64,000 nucleotides of DNA from Epiperipatus broadwayi (GCA_028023455.1 JAQFVV010000002.1:22568001-22632000), one strand, 5' to 3'; positions 26,801 to 42,050 are shown, counted from the stretch's first letter. Notes: a model not told the origin generated them from the letters alone. Numbers and translations: made by a program.

Positions 26801-27375
26801 AAATAAACTTAAAGTTGTAATTATAAGTTTATTTAAACGCACATTGCTTATGTAATTAATATTTACTAAGGCTGTAGCCTCAAGCACATGCATATAAAAA
26901 TGTGATAGTAGGGACCTCTACAGGTCTTAAACCACAAGCTTATTCTTTGGAAGAAAAGAGGGGAACCCTTCTTTACTTTAACCTACTTTCTATTTAAATA
27001 GGTGAAGCTGAAGCGGTTCAATCTGAGAGCGTGAAGCTATTCAATAATTCACTAATTAAGTCCACATTTCTTATTACACATTAATACTCATGAAATCTTT
27101 TGATTTACAATGAGTCAATGGAAAGATTTCATGAGTATTAATGTGTAATAAGAAATGTGGACTTAATTAGTGAAGTATTGAATAGCTTCATGCTCTCAGA
27201 TCGAATCACTTCAGCTTCCCCTATTTAAATAGAAAGTAGGTTGAAGTAAAGAAGGGTTCCCCTCTTTTCTTCCAAAGAGTAAGCTTGTGGTTTAAGACCT
27301 GTAGAGGTCCCTACTATCACATTTTTATATGCATGTGCTTGAGGCTACAGCCTTAGTAAATATTATTTAAATAAA
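26801..27375. mobile_element. Family D2 fold-back repeat (~570 bp, near-perfect palindrome)
   Basis: Arms nearly perfectly complementary around about 27110; the left end carries an extra ~50 nt tail. Confidence 0.9.
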
Positions 27376-27647
27376 CTTATTAGAATTGCAACATTAAATA
27401 ACTGCTTGAAGAAACTTCACATCAAACAACCATGTTACCTGAAACACCTGTCGGAACATTAAAGAATGCAGATTCATCATTCTCATATCAGAATATTTTT
27501 CACTCAGTCAATAATAAATTCTAACAACTTGAAGAAAACTCTGCCAAACTATTTCATTATCTGAGATGAGCAAATCATGATTCAGCGATATTAAAACAAC
27601 AGTAAGTATTAATTTTACAATAATAATTTGTAAATGAGAAATTTATT

Positions 27648-27940
27648 TTATATAGCGTAATGTTTTTGAATTGTAATAAACTAATAATCAGCTTTTTAAG
27701 CTAATGCACATGCGCTTGGTGGATCTTAACAATAAATGAATACTCTCATTTTCCAATACAAGATAAAATCTTTGTGAAAGATTTGTCCATACTTAAACAT
27801 TTGGATTGAAAGAATAGGTGATTCATTCTATTCTTTCACAGAGACTTTATCTTGTATTGTAAACGAAAGTATTCATTTATTGTTAAAATCCACAAAGCGC
27901 ATGTGCATTAGCTTAAAAAGCTGATTATTAGTTTATTATA
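27648..27940. mobile_element. Family D1 fold-back copy
   Basis: Homologous to 20292-20937; left end tailed, right end short. Confidence 0.8.
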
Positions 27941-28392
27941 ATAATAAATTGTGTATATATTTCACTGTCACTACTTTTCCTGAAAATGATAGTAATCGGG
28001 TAACTTTAAACCCAAAAGCAGTTGTAGCATCATTAGGTATATTGCATCACTAGTTCTAAAAATGGCTGGCAATTTTCCAATCAGAAAATTGCCAATCTGA
28101 TAATAGATTAATATACCAATAATATGATTTTGAAAACCACAATTATACTAGCTTGCATATAAAGGTGGGGGTCATGTTTCCATGAAATAATATTCTAAGG
28201 TTGATTCTTTTCATCCTACTTCAGTGCTATCTACTGTTAACTTAAAATTAGAAATGTTACTGAAATCCTCATATTAGTTGGACGAAGGACGAAATTCCTA
28301 GCTGATTTCATTTTTTCATTATTTCAAAATCTTTGTGTTGATCAAAATTCAAATTAAATACAAAAAACAAACATTAGTACTAAGAAACTTAC

Positions 28393-28523
28393 TGAATGAT
28401 ACTTCTCTGATGTCCTTAGTACCAGCAGATGTTGACTGTATATTTTTAGATGTTACTTTTAGAACTTTTGTACTTTTAACAGATTTGCCTCCAGGACTAA
28501 TCAATGTATAACCAGTTTTTATT
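28393..28523 (-). CDS. C2orf81: Exon of C2orf81-like gene (IKTGYTLISPGGKSVK...DIREVSF)
   Basis: ttatttgtag acceptor, GTAAGT donor, 131 nt, phase 2-1; completes the Arg and Thr codons with its neighbours. Confidence 0.75.
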
Positions 28524-30196
28524 CTACAAATAACAAAAAGGTACTACAATAACTTCATTTAATGTTATAATAAGAAAAAGTTATATTTTTATCAATTCTA
28601 AGGAACTGCTTTGCATTTAATATTTATTTCTTATTAATATTAGCTTTTTATTAATATTTCAAATTAGATTCTACCAGCCAGCTTTGCATATAAATAATAT
28701 ATATTAGCCAGAAAATGTCTGGTGCAATCTATTGAAAATCATGAATATAACATTGATATTAACAACATACAAAGATGTAGTAGAAAAAATAAAAGAAAAG
28801 AAAAACATTTAAAGACATAGTAGTAGGAAAAAATCGCTTGGAACCTGGTAATGTTACATTTGATTGCTTTTGCATAGCAAAAACGCCATCAAGCGGCCAA
28901 GCCTGTCTAAGTAAATAGTACCATATAAGTATTTGGACCCAAAATATATATTCACATACATATATCCTATGAGAAAGTAATAATATTTTAGTCATCAATA
29001 CAGATAATTCCTTTATCACTGTTTATATTCCTTTTTATATATTCTAACAATCTTCCCAAATTCAAGCGGAGTAAAACTTCTTTAGATTTTAATCAAGCTT
29101 TAAGATTTTTCTTTCAAGTATTTAGCCCATAAATATTCTGGTTAATCATGAAAAATTGGTTGATAATTAGGCATTTTATTATTCTTAATCAAAATAATGT
29201 TTTCTTTGTCATTAACTTTCTGTGAGAAGCTACTGGAGATGTTTTTATCTGATGGGAATATTTAAGTACTATTTCATTTTACTTTTACCATAATCTTATA
29301 GAATATTTGTTATATATATATAATACAAATAAAATGTCCATTAATTATAAACTATTGTAATAATAAAAATAATAAATGTAATGGTAATTAACTATTATAT
29401 AGTCTTTCAATCTGCAGAAGTACTTTCGGTTAATTCCTTAACCCTTTTCAACTGCAGTTAAATTCAAAAAACATAATAGAAGCAAATGTCATCAACTCAA
29501 ATCCCATGAATCCAGAATTTTAACATTAGCAATTTGACTATTAATTATACTCATTTTATTTCTGTTTATTAAAATTGCCTTCTTAATTTTTCTTTCATTA
29601 TGGTTTCTTTCTTCTTGAAGAACCTTAACACTTTCAATATCAAATTTAAAATTTATTTCAGTTTTGCAGTACTATGAACTAAAAAATGTAAATTTAGAAA
29701 ATTAAAATTTTGGTATTTATTAATTTATTTAATATTTTCATCATAATATGGATTAGCAAAATCAAAGGTACTGAAAATACAAGCATTTTTATAGAATATA
29801 TTGCTAATAATTTGTATTTCCAGTAATAGCTATTAAAAAAAAATACTGCTATGTTTGTTTCAATTAACAGAATCTGAATTTGGGGATAACTGAATCAGTG
29901 TTGATTAATCCCACAGCGATCATGATCAAAACCTTTGCAGCAGATGTCTTGTGTATCTGAGCAGTACAATCATTGCTAGTATACAATGAAATGCATATTA
30001 AAAATAAAAAAAAACACTGCAAATTTGCATCTGCGATATTTATATCATGAAATACATATTCTTTTTATTTTCAGATATAATCTAGAAATTATCAAACAAA
30101 TATAAACCATATAAACAATAAAAAAAATTCTTTTCAAATAATGGAAATATAGATATTGCTAAAAAATTCAATAAAAAATGTCTTTAAGCCAACACA

Positions 30197-30350
30197 CATC
30201 ACATGATCACCGTTTCTTATGCTCGCTTATAACTGTTTTAGGCAAAACTCTGTATGGGGATTTTATGCACAAGCCTTCTGGCATCCATTGATTACTCTGG
30301 CTTGCACTGAGTGGCAATATTATATGGAGAGTTTTGCCCATTTTAAAAAA
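30197..30350. mobile_element. Short family A fold-back copy (no ribozyme segment)
   Basis: catcacatgatcacc...ggcaaaactc joined to an inverted arm ending gagttttgcccattttaa. Confidence 0.8.
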
Positions 30351-30999
30351 TGTCTTGAATATTAATTAATCAGAATCTTCAACAACTGTTTTTGTAAAAT
30401 GTAACGATTAATGTAAAACAATATTGCTATACTTAAGGCATAAATATTTTTCACAACTACACCAACAGTGATTTCAGAGTTTGCCGTATCTCTCAAATAC
30501 AATTTACTATCAAATATCAGAAGCGCATACAAAACATATGTTAAAATCAAACTGACGGTTTAAATGTTACTGCGTAATATGTATAAATGCACATCCAGTT
30601 ATGATCTTGAACTCAACCATCCAATATATGTATCAATATTTAAAAATAAGGGTTTATAACTCTCAGTTTAGCAGAAACCTCTACAGAGTTAATAATTTCC
30701 TATAGAAAATAGATTTGATAATGTCAAATTTATTTAAGCTTTTGTTCATAAATATTTGGATTTCAGTATTAATTCTCTGCCCAAAATTTAATAATTTATC
30801 AACTTTTATCAATTACATTAATATTTTTATTTAATGCCACATTATTGAGATTACACAATGTTGCAATTTAGTAGTTATCTTTACATCTTTTGAAACAACT
30901 CCAGAATCCAATCAATTGTTTGTGAGAAGTTTGTATTCACATTATCTTCCATCTCTGTTTTCTTCAGCTTTTAAAAATAATACTCTCCATATAATAATG

Positions 31000-31775
31000 C
31001 CACCAAATGCAAGCCTTCATAATCACTGGATGCAGGAAGGTTTGTATATAAAATCTCTATCTAGTGTCTACTCATTCAACATCCCCAGACTAATTTCTGC
31101 ATTGTAACTTCCATCAGTAGGGAGCCTTGGATTTAAATGCACTGCATCTAGATCTTAGGATCTGCTGCAACCTTCCAACTGCCACCTTTTACCTATTTGG
31201 TTAACTGGCTAGGAGCCCAAGATAAAAAACATGAAGACTTGCATTTGGTGGCACTACAGTATGGAGAATGTGGTACTCTTATCAGCAGCAAGTATACGCA
31301 TATGAAAGGGTGATCATATGATGTTTTAATCATTTTATATCTACCCTGCCCATAGGATAATTGTGGCTGTGGTTTTTGAAAAACCAAAGATACCAAAATG
31401 TATAGATGTTGAACTGAGTTCAGATCTATATGACTATACAAGCAAATAATCTTGTGTTGGAAACATGTTTTCAACTTGGGTTCCTAGCTTTATAGTTAAC
31501 CAAATAGTTAAAAGGTGGCTTATGGAGGGTTGCCTTCGATCCTAAGAGCTAAGTGCAGTGGTCTCAAATCTAAGGCTCCTCACTGGTGAAAGCCACAGGT
31601 TAGAAACTGGTCTAGGGATGTTGGATGTGTAGGCACTAGATAGAGATGTTATGCACAAACCACATCCATTAATTAAGAAGGCTTGCACTTGGTGACACGA
31701 CTGTATAAGAGAGTTTGGTACTCTTATTAACAACATGTATAAGCATATGAAATGGTGATCATGTGATGTTTTGAT
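31000..31775 (+). mobile_element. Family A: inverted arm plus 445 bp partial tandem
   Basis: gtgatcat.tgatgtttt at 31310 and 31755; hammerhead remnants at about 31080-31120 (-) and 31577-31618 (+). Confidence 0.85.
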
Positions 31776-32721
31776 GATTTCATCTAAACTAGTAACAAAT
31801 TCGAATAAAGCTTTTTGTAAGATCTTTTACTAATTGTGCCAATACTTCAAAGTAAATATTTTGCTGCTTTTTGAAACAAAGAAACTAAAATTCGAGTAAA
31901 TCTTAATAAAATTGATTGTGAATATGTTAAATTGTTTCACAGAGAATCATGATTTCTAAATGAATTGACAGATCAGGTATTGAATATTATCTGAAGGTGG
32001 AATCAGTTTATTAATTGGAAGAAACAATCAGCACTATATCACATAATTCATCATATCATCACCATTACTATCCAGTTCATTTTGTTTCTAGGTATAATGA
32101 GTTCTCATCTATACCCATCTCTATTATTCAGTTTAATATAGCAACGATTAAGGTTATCACATTGCAAATAATTCCTACTCTTTTCTATAAAATATTTAGA
32201 AGATACCAATTCTAAAAATGATGGTTGAATCTATGTAATAACTTTAACTAAGTAACATTAGAAACACCACCAGAAGCATTTTGGTCCCTCTAACTATAAA
32301 AATAATGACGTCAAGTTTTACTATCTATAGAATCTTCAAGATTTGTCTTTTATTATCTTTATGTTAAATTATCTTGAATTATCTGGGATCACATAAATCA
32401 CATCAAGTGATAATCTCACATTAATAAATTCAATTCAGTCGCTCATCAATTTTGTTAAAGATTTTGTATTTAAAGGACATATGAATCTCTATTACTTAAT
32501 CATAAATAATAAATTTGCATATTTTGTTATATAATATATTCATTTATTATTTCATACCCTTCTCATAAGTGCATAGCAATTATGTGCTGCAGTTTTGAAT
32601 TGATATTCTACACCTATAAATGATACCGCACAAAATATTTTTTCTATACTTTTAATGGTATTGAGTATGAATTAATTATATATGTTTTTAAGTATACTGT
32701 AAGGTCACTAAACCAATAATC

Positions 32722-33412
32722 ATCACATGATCATCATTCTTTACGCTTACATAAATTGTTAACACATAGGCAAAACTCTCCATACAGTAGCAGTAATACC
32801 ACTCAGTGCAAGCCAAAGTAATCAATAGACATAAGAAGGTTTGTGCATAAAATCCCCATCTAGTGCCTACTCATCCAATATCCCCAGTCTAGATTCCAGC
32901 TTGTGTCTTTCTCATTGAACAGCCTTAGATCTGAGCTCACTGCACCTAGATTTTAGGATCTAATACACCCCTCCAGCAGCCACTTTTTAACTAACTATAA
33001 AGCTTTAAGTCCAAAATAAAAGTACAATAATGTTTTCAATTCAAACTCATTAATTTCTATCATTATATTTAAGCTCGTTATCTTGTATAGTCATATAGAT
33101 CTGACTTGATATCTATATAACTATACAAGCTAATGAGCTTGAATTGAAAATATTATTGTTCTTTCATTTTGGATTCAAAGCTTTAGAGTTAGCTAATAAG
33201 GTAAAACATGGCTGCTGGAAGGTTGCATTTGATTCTAAAGTCTAGGTATTGCTCTCGCATCCAAGGTTCCTCACTGATGAAAGCCACAAGATAAAAACTA
33301 GACTGGTGATATTGAATGCGTAGCTCTAGATAGGGAGTCTATGCATAAGCCTTCTTGCATCCATTGATTAACCTGGCTTGCACTGAAGGCTACTGTATGG
33401 GGAGTTTTGCCT
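32722..33412. mobile_element. Family A ~690 bp fold-back
   Basis: Arms complementary around about 33105; hammerhead remnants at about 32885-32925 (-) and 33268-33309 (+). Confidence 0.85.
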
Positions 33413-34994
33413 CCATGTATATCCACATAAAAAGGCAGAAAATGACCATCTCTCCAATGCCTTCCATTAATAACTATTATTTTAAAAATTGAAAGCCTTT
33501 CTGAAAATTGCAAAAATCTTTGAAGGTTTGATTCATAATAGAACAAAGAATCATAATAGAATGCTTTTCTGAAAAATCATGACAGTTTGCCAAATTTCAT
33601 TATCAATTAAGCAATTAATTTCAATTATAATCAATTCATAGTTGGTAGTTTAATTCATTGGTAGAGATCTGCAGTTAAATCTAATATAAGAGTTAGCACC
33701 TAGTATAAACTTGTTACACTTGTATTCAAATTCTGAGCATTTTATACATTTTCAAGAATATTTTTAAATTATTATTTTTTCTAACAATAGGAACTTTATT
33801 TTTTTGATTTGGGAGCCTTTGACATAAAAATTAAATTATTATTATCTTTTCTTTAAATTTCTTGTTTGTTTTTTTTTGAGTCACTATCTTCCAATTCAGG
33901 GATAAAGTTCAGTTAAAATAGTTACTTTATTCTCTGAAATTCTAGAAGATCTACTTCCTGTCCCATTCTGCTTTTCTGTGAATTACAGTTTCAGGAAAAA
34001 TTTTGCTTTAAAATAACAGATCAACCATAAATGTCCTGCTTACGAGGTTTTCTGATGGATATTAATTTACAGTGGCAGCTCTATGTATAAGCATTGATTT
34101 CTGATCATAGTTGATTCAAGGAAACTTCATTTCCCCATCTCTAGTGAACTCAATAATCATCCTTAGAATAAGTATTAAAACACGTTCAGCAGATTTCATC
34201 TTTTATGTTAATCAAGTATCAACAATTTGATTCCTTTAAACTCAGGTAGACCTAACATTTCTCATGGGCTTGTGAAGCTAGTATTAAAAACAAAATACAT
34301 TATATTAGCAGGTTGTTCCATTTCTATGCTGAAAGATTTCAAAAATATAGAGTTTATATGATAAGTATTCTTGTTATTTTATCTAGATACCATATTTAAA
34401 GACTTAAATAACTCTCTGCCAGTCAAAGACCTCTCCAATTGACCCAATGACAGAAAAGACATTATTAACCTGGATTTCTATTTGCAGGTTGGCATGAATT
34501 TGAACAATTTTCCATTCTTATTTCACCCTCTAATTAAGACTAGCTAAGATATCTATTAGCATGAAAATCATCTATCAAGAAAAAGAAAATCCTAAAAATA
34601 TCTATAATTTTACATAATTTGAATTTAAACCTTAGATTATGGACATTCTAGGTGAACCATGAAAATGTATATAGAGTGATTATTTGAATGCATATAAAAA
34701 TATAAAATGATTATTAAAAAGGTTAAAATGAATTAAGGTATTGAGTGTTTATCAAATCATGGATAACCTTATTAAACTTTTGATTTTCAATTCAGAATAT
34801 ATATATATGTTAATTCTAATATTCTCATGGATAAATGATAAATTCATGGTATTATTTCCAGGAGCTTCCGTATAGTAAAAATATAATAGTTAAATAGCTA
34901 TTATATTTTTATTACAAGGAAACTTCCAGAAATAATACTGAATTTATATATATATTCAGGTAAAAACAAAGTGAAAATTTTCAAAAAAACTTAC

Positions 34995-35077
34995 CTTTGA
35001 GATCCAAGTGTATCTGGATGCAATTTTTGTGACACTTCACTTTCTTCTGTTCGGATTATTTTCTGAATTTGTTCAGA
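34995..35077 (-). CDS. C2orf81: Exon of C2orf81-like gene (SEQIQKIIRTEESEVSQKLHPDTLGSQ)
   Basis: cattatag acceptor, AG|GTAAGT donor, 83 nt, phase 0-2, open. Confidence 0.75.
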
Positions 35078-35363
35078 CTATAATGTATGTATGAAATAAT
35101 AAACGGTTGCACTATAGAAATATACATAACAAAACAGTCATTCAATTTAAATTGTAACTACTGTATATACAAATTAGTTTTAGCGGAAATATGTACACAT
35201 TACGGAGGCAAAAAAAAATGTTACGATATTGATATTTTAACATTCGCTTTACATATCCTCAATAAGTTAATATTACGTGTTACAAAATAATTTTAAATTA
35301 ATTCTAAACACTAGAAAAGCTAAATAAGAAAAGCTTCAGTGTAGATGTATCTTAAAATTTTAT

Positions 35364-35866
35364 AATTATAAATTTATTTGACACATTAAGTAATATTTAC
35401 TAAGGCAATAAACCTCAAGAATGTGCGCTTGAAAATGCGAAGGTAGGAACCTCTACAGGTCTTAACCACAAGCTTATGCTTTGGAAGAAAATAGGGAATC
35501 CTTCTTTACTTCAACCTACTTTCTATATAAATAGGTGAAGCTGAAGCGGTTAGATCTGAGAGCATGAAGCTATTCAATACTTCACTGATTAAGTCCACAA
35601 TTCCTATTATAAATTAGTACTCACGAAATCTTTCGATTACAATGGAACGATCTTATATTTAGAAATCTATTATGATAATTTAAAGTTGTAATTATAAATT
35701 TAATTAACGCACATTGATTATGTAAGTAATATTTATTAAGGCAATAAACCTCAAGAATGTGCACTTGAAAATGCGAAGGTAGTGGTTAAGACCTGTAGAG
35801 GTCCCTACCTTCGCATTTTCAAGCGCATATACTTGAGGGTTATTGCCTTAGTAAATATTACTTAAA
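35364..35866. mobile_element. Family D2: ~336 bp partial tandem plus inverted arm
   Basis: taatattta.taaggcaataaacctcaag at 35391 and 35727; inverted arm ggttaagacctgtagaggtccc. Confidence 0.85.
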
Positions 35867-37129
35867 ATTTTACATATACAGTAATTAAAATAATTTTTAG
35901 AAAATATGTTATGAAAACAATAAGAAATAATAAAAATAATTATTGTTGCTATTGTCCATGAAGAATTAGCAATAAATCTATGACTGGAATTAACAATAAA
36001 AAAAATAATCAGAGAGCTTTATTGCTTGGTTCTTAAAAAGAGTGCCGTTAGTGACAGAGCTGAGCCAATATTAATGGATCTTGAATATCAAAGTTCGTCA
36101 CTCTACTAAAACATGGGCAGAATTAACCATAAGACATAATAATTAAATTCAAAGAAATTTTACATTAGGAATATAAAAAAAATGGTGACTAAAAGAAAAT
36201 AATCATTGTGATATAATTCAATTCATCAAATTTTGTTTACATAAGAATTTTTAAATGTTTAAAAATAATTTCTAAAATATCTGTCACAACGTTCTTTTCT
36301 TGAATATCAATCCCATTTTATTCCTTTCCCACTCTTTGATTACTTTTAATATCTTATTAGTTACAGCTTGATTAATATGCCTTTACCATTAATTTATTAT
36401 TATTGTTTACAAAAAACTATTATAAGTAAAATTAAAATCATGAATTATTCTTTTTACAGCTTTTTCACATCAAACTCATCTACTCCTGAGTCGCACCATG
36501 AGCATTTTTCTTGTTTCTTAGTATAAGTTTGCAAAACTTGATGAACATAAATTCATTGCAGATTTATTAACATTTTAAAAAAATCCTACAAATAAAATTT
36601 AAGGACAAAAATTATTAAAAAAGATATAAATCCAAATACTTTTCACATAACTAAAAATTGTGAAGTAAAGCTTTCCACTTATGTAGGTTAAGTTATTTTG
36701 CCCAAAAATAGTTTCAGGTAGAGAACCTAACATGCACAGATGGAAAGAATATTATAACTGATAGCATTTGATCATCATAAATGCTAGTTTGCCCTGCTCT
36801 TAACGCATAAACTTTAATGACATTTTCCATAATTAAAATTCCACTTGTAACATCTTAGAGTAAATAAAGAATGATACATAATAATATAAAACAGAGATGA
36901 ACAAGTTCTTCAATAATAAAAACCTTACACAAGGTTCACATGAATCACTTTTGAAATTATTTTTAGCAGGAGCACAACAGGTCACCAAATGTCAAAAAAC
37001 TTTTTGCCTAACAAATACAATATTAATAACACTTTTGACTAATATTATTTCAAAGTTAAAAATTCAAAGCTTCAAAATATGTTTTTTTTTTTTTACTTAT
37101 CTTTAAAAAATATTTTCATACTGGTACAT

Positions 37130-37800
37130 ATTAGACTTTATTGTTATTGATATTGGGATTATCTAAGTGTTGACTGATTTTAATGATTACTTATAAATCT
37201 ATTTAGCCTCACACATTATTATACTTATTATTTAATGGAAATAGTGGACTTAAACAATGAAGAGAATAACAGTTTTATGCTCCCAAATCAAGATGCTTCA
37301 GATTGTCCTATATAAGTGGAAAGTTAGGTTAAAGATGACATTGCTTTTATCTTTATAAAAGTGCTATCTTGTGTCGAGGTTTGAGAGGTCCCTCTATTGG
37401 CAAACAAAGACATCATTTGACTATTATAAACATTCAAGGTGCATATGATATAGGTTAAAGCCTGTCTCTAAAGTATTTACTTATTATTTAAGTAATACAT
37501 TGGGTGCAATTTGAAAATTATAATTGCAGTTTGAATGTGATAATTGACTATTTAGTAGTGTGCATTCAGAATAGATTATACCCGGCTATTTAAGGACGTT
37601 TATTTAAACTTCTTTATGTCAATAATTTTCTCAGTGGTCAAGTTGGAATTTTTGGTGTCTATATAAATTGGACCATAAATAAAGGTGGGATTCCATTTTT
37701 ATTGTTAAAAGGAGGTTGCCTTGACAACAGGTTGAGATTGTTGATTGTTACTGATATTGGGATTGTCTAAGCATTGACTGATTTTAATGACGTTAGACTA
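37130..37800 (+). mobile_element. Family H repeat, ~600 bp partial tandem
   Basis: gatattgggatt.tctaag..ttgactgattttaatga repeated at about 37150 and 37755; homologous to 43490-44020. Confidence 0.6.
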
Positions 37801-40800
37801 ATATAAATATAAAAATTTAGAAAAAATGGTAATAAAAAATTAATATTGTCTCAGGAGCTATATGATACAGTTTTGGGGCCACATTGCAAGCCACAGTTTG
37901 CCACCACTGGTATAAGTCTTTAACAAATGTAATTTTACTTATTGGTAGTTGTAACTTACACCCCATGCGGCCACAAGAGGTGCTGTTTCCGTGTCAACCA
38001 TAGAAATATTCAGAGATGGGGCCTAAAAGCAGTGTTGCAAGTTCCAGCCGTTAGATGGTGCTGATCACCATGCATACTCATGGTATCCTTATGCCAACTA
38101 GCTGCCAGCACTACTGCCCACTTGGTGGCACTGATAACCATAGGTAAACACATCTAGCTTACATCGTCTGCTACCAGCAATCTAATTATCAAATAAGACT
38201 ACATACTACACAGAACTTTATATGTTTAAGTTTAGAAATCATACCATGGCTTACAATTGTCTACTCAAACTAAGAAAAAAGAAATGCATATTTAAACAGA
38301 ATCATGACACATTATAAGTTTTTATGATAATCTTTTATAACAAAAATGTGAAAATGAAAACAATCAGGGATGCTGATGTAAAATTCACTACTAAAATACT
38401 TGAGAAAATTTAATAAATAATAAATTCTTGAAACTTTGAATAGCTACGAAAAAATTTACAATAATTAAAAAATGATGAAAAAGCGATAAAAAATGAATAT
38501 CATAAATTATTTTAAATGTAAGTTTAAAAAAGCTGAATGACTGAAAAAGTTTACAATATTGATTGAAAACAAATGCGGAAAAAAATTAGACAGGGAAACA
38601 TGCAGTTTAACATAATAACTTCAAACACATCAGAAAGGAAGAAAAATGGATAATTATTTAGTTTTTACATAAATATGGTTAATTACTGATGAAAATGAGA
38701 ATTCATATGCATGCTCATTATCATCACCTGGTATTGACAATTCTCTGCAAGATACAAGTCTCTCTTTATACCTTTCCATAAAATTTATGAAATAGAAATT
38801 TTTGTGATTTCTAGCTCTTCTCAAATTATGTTTTTTTTCTCCCCCAAAATACTAATTGTCTCTTCTTATTTATTTGCAAACTTACTTTTACATAATCACC
38901 AGTTTTTAAACTCATTTCTTTTTATCACCTCTCCTTAACTTATTACCAACATATTTCTTTTATTTGTAATTATATGCTGGGTTGGCAGCAGCATTCTTCA
39001 AAGTCATAGAAAATTACTATTGATGACAATGGTGGGGAGGAAGTGGTAAAAGGATGATCATTTTATGATATTCGACTGCCACATTAATCCTATTATGAAG
39101 ATTATTGCTGGGCAAAGAAAGCAATGAGAAACCATTTTGACTTATTTTATTGTAAGTATATTTATAAGTCATTACATTTGGTAGTGACGACTTAGGTGTC
39201 ATGCCCAGCAGGGAGTAGATATGAGGCCACTCAGATCATAAACCTATGAAATCCTCATAAAGTTCATTTTTAGAGGGAATGGTGATTGGAAACAAGAAGA
39301 AAGGATGGAAATAATTGACATTGCTGGATGACATAAGAAATGGAAGAGTTACATGGAAATTAAGAGCTGGATAATGAAGAGAATGGACTGGAGAAATAGA
39401 TAAATTAGGGATGTGGGCCTATCCATAGGATAGAATACTATTAATTGATTGATAGATGCTGCATGATGTCCATCATCTAGAATTAATTATAAAATATCTT
39501 TAAAAAAATTCAAGCTTTATTTAAACTTTTCAAATATATTCTATTATTAGAAAGTGCACACAGATTAATATATAACACAATGTTTTGAGGATTCTTCAGG
39601 TATTAATAGTCTCAACAGTAATAGTACTAACATGGAAATTTGCAAATACAGAATTTAAGATGGTGTTCTATAAAACTAGTTATTCGGTCAAAGGCAAAGA
39701 AATTTGATATACCTATTTATGAGGATCTTCCTGAATTCTCCATTTTTTCTTACGGGTTGCCCTTAATAAGTCATTACCAAATATTATCAATTGGGACATT
39801 ACATTGACTTATGAGTTCATTTGCCAGTAACGTATGATCAGTTTCTTTAATTTTGATTTTTGCTCTCTGTCCAATATTCTTGCTTTTTCCTAATTGAAAT
39901 ATATTCATTAGTATATGCTACTTTAGATAAATCTGTTCTTTCAAATATATTCAACAAACAGTGAAAAGTTAAATAAAGTTGATTTTTTATAAAGACCTTT
40001 AACAATTAATTCTAGATGGTGGAAGAAGTCCAACATGGAATTACTTTCCGACAAACACAACACGCTCCTTTATATATAATTTGTGACTCAGTCTTTGTTT
40101 CAAATTCATATTTTGCAATTATAACTCTAAACAAATAAGATATATCAGTCAAAAGTTTTTCTGATTAAACAAAAGTGCATATTTCTTTTAAAAATAACAT
40201 TAATAAGTGGTCAGAAGAATTTATTATTATATGAATTAGTTTTAAAAAATAATTTAGAATATAAAATTTCTAAAAGCAGTCCTTCTAGCTATAAAGAGAA
40301 TTAAAATTCTAATTGAAATGATAAATCTTTAAATAGAAATGATAGAGTGAATATGGTAAAGAGGTACATTTTGGGATGAAGGCTATAAATAAATAACACT
40401 CTGGTGACAAAGGATAAGAGTAGAATGGATCCCACCTATTTTTTAAATTTTTGATCTTTATAAACTTATTTTTGATCTTTTTACCAACCGTGTTATTCCT
40501 TCATAGTTATTGGGGGGGGGAGGTTTCTCTTTAATTATATATACACTGAGTTATGCTAATTTAATATTTGTAATTATTAACTTCAGTTGACTGTAAAACA
40601 AGTTCATTAAAAGTGGGATTCAGTCTCTATCTTAAATGTGAAATCCCTGTTTTCTCTGTTGTCTGATCAGTGAATGTATGAATGTTTTTTTTGCAAGGAT
40701 GTCACATGTCAAATTCATAACAAGGCATATTTTTCAATGAAAAAATTATTTGTTCTGCCATTAAAAAAAAAAAACAACAACTTAGAACTATATAGATTTA

Positions 40801-40899
40801 AAATGCTCTCTAGAAAGAATTTATCATAATTTTCTTATCAAAAAGTAGATAGTATACATTTTTGCTCTTTTACAAATCCTCTCCTGCCCTTTCTTTTAT

Positions 40900-42050
40900 A
40901 TATATACCAAAATTACAATTCAATAGATTGGCCAATAAAATAAACTCTAAAATACTACCAATGTTTGGTTACTACAAGCAGACTTCTCAAGTGTAAAAAA
41001 CTATAAAATAACATATTTAAGCTAAATCTTACCCCCAGTTTCATTTACTTCCCTTACACCCTCAATATTAACATTACCCACAATTCCACTTACTTCCCAT
41101 ACATCCTTAATATTAAAAGAAGTTTTAAATAAATAAATTGCTTCAGAATTATAAATTTTTAATAATAAAGATTCTTTTAATTCTTCTTTTAATTTCATTT
41201 CTCTCAAAGAAGACAATATTAGCTTGTCAAATTAAGTGTTTTAGAGTTTATTTTCTTTACTAGTCTGGTTGAATTGTGAATTTGGGGTAATTTTGATTAT
41301 TTATTGACTAATTTAGCTTTATGTTTTTAATGTTTTATTTATATATATATATATGTATTTGCTATTGAGATGAAAACTCTTAAATAAGAAAAAATCAAGA
41401 TAAAAAAAAATAAATTTATTTTAGATTAGTCCCTTTTTACATTTTAAAAGAATATCACATAAACTAATAAATTATATGAATTCCAATGTATTAAAATGGC
41501 CGCAATCATAAAACTTTTGTGAGATTATCCTATAAAAAATATATATTGATTAAACCAATGAATTTATTCTTAATGATTCTCTAAGATAAATGATCCAGTC
41601 ATTTATTGTATGATATCCAATATTATTAAAGCCTAAAATTGCATCTAAACAGATTCCAAAGGTGAGTATTAATGTTACTTGGCTTATTTTAAAATTTCTT
41701 TTTTTAAAAATGTGTTAAATAATCAAGCTGACTTTTGTATGTGGAAGTGGGGGGTAATATAAGCATAGATGCTCTAATAAGTGATATATTAAATACAGAA
41801 GAGTTGATAAATTTATCCAAATTATTTGTGGTTTCTCAAGTATATCTTTTATAATATCCTATAATAATGGTGATCTGATTTATATTGAAAATGATTCATA
41901 TAATTTGCATCTCTTTAGCATAACTCATAAGATCAATTTGGGTGGTTTTTCTTTGATATTTTAGGATTTGAATCATAAAATTGGTAAACCAGACTCTAAA
42001 TATTTCCATTAAACCTTTAAAAAAATTTTTTTAATTATCCAGTTACTTAC
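40900..42050 (-). mobile_element. Penelope-like element remnant (decayed RT start, GIY-YIG-type C-terminus, inverted pseudo-LTRs)
   Basis: KLKESLLL...FNIKDVWE in ORF 41022-41216; PILY..PKI.KE..P-like decayed frame near 41950; inverted repeats at about 40910-40955 and 41236-41285. Confidence 0.45.

Noticed and set aside
28759-29019. Minus ORF QAWPLDGVFAMQKQSN as an extra exon
   Set aside because: The acceptor is plausible, but I found no strong donor in the phase needed to join exon 28523; the flanking exons already join in frame.
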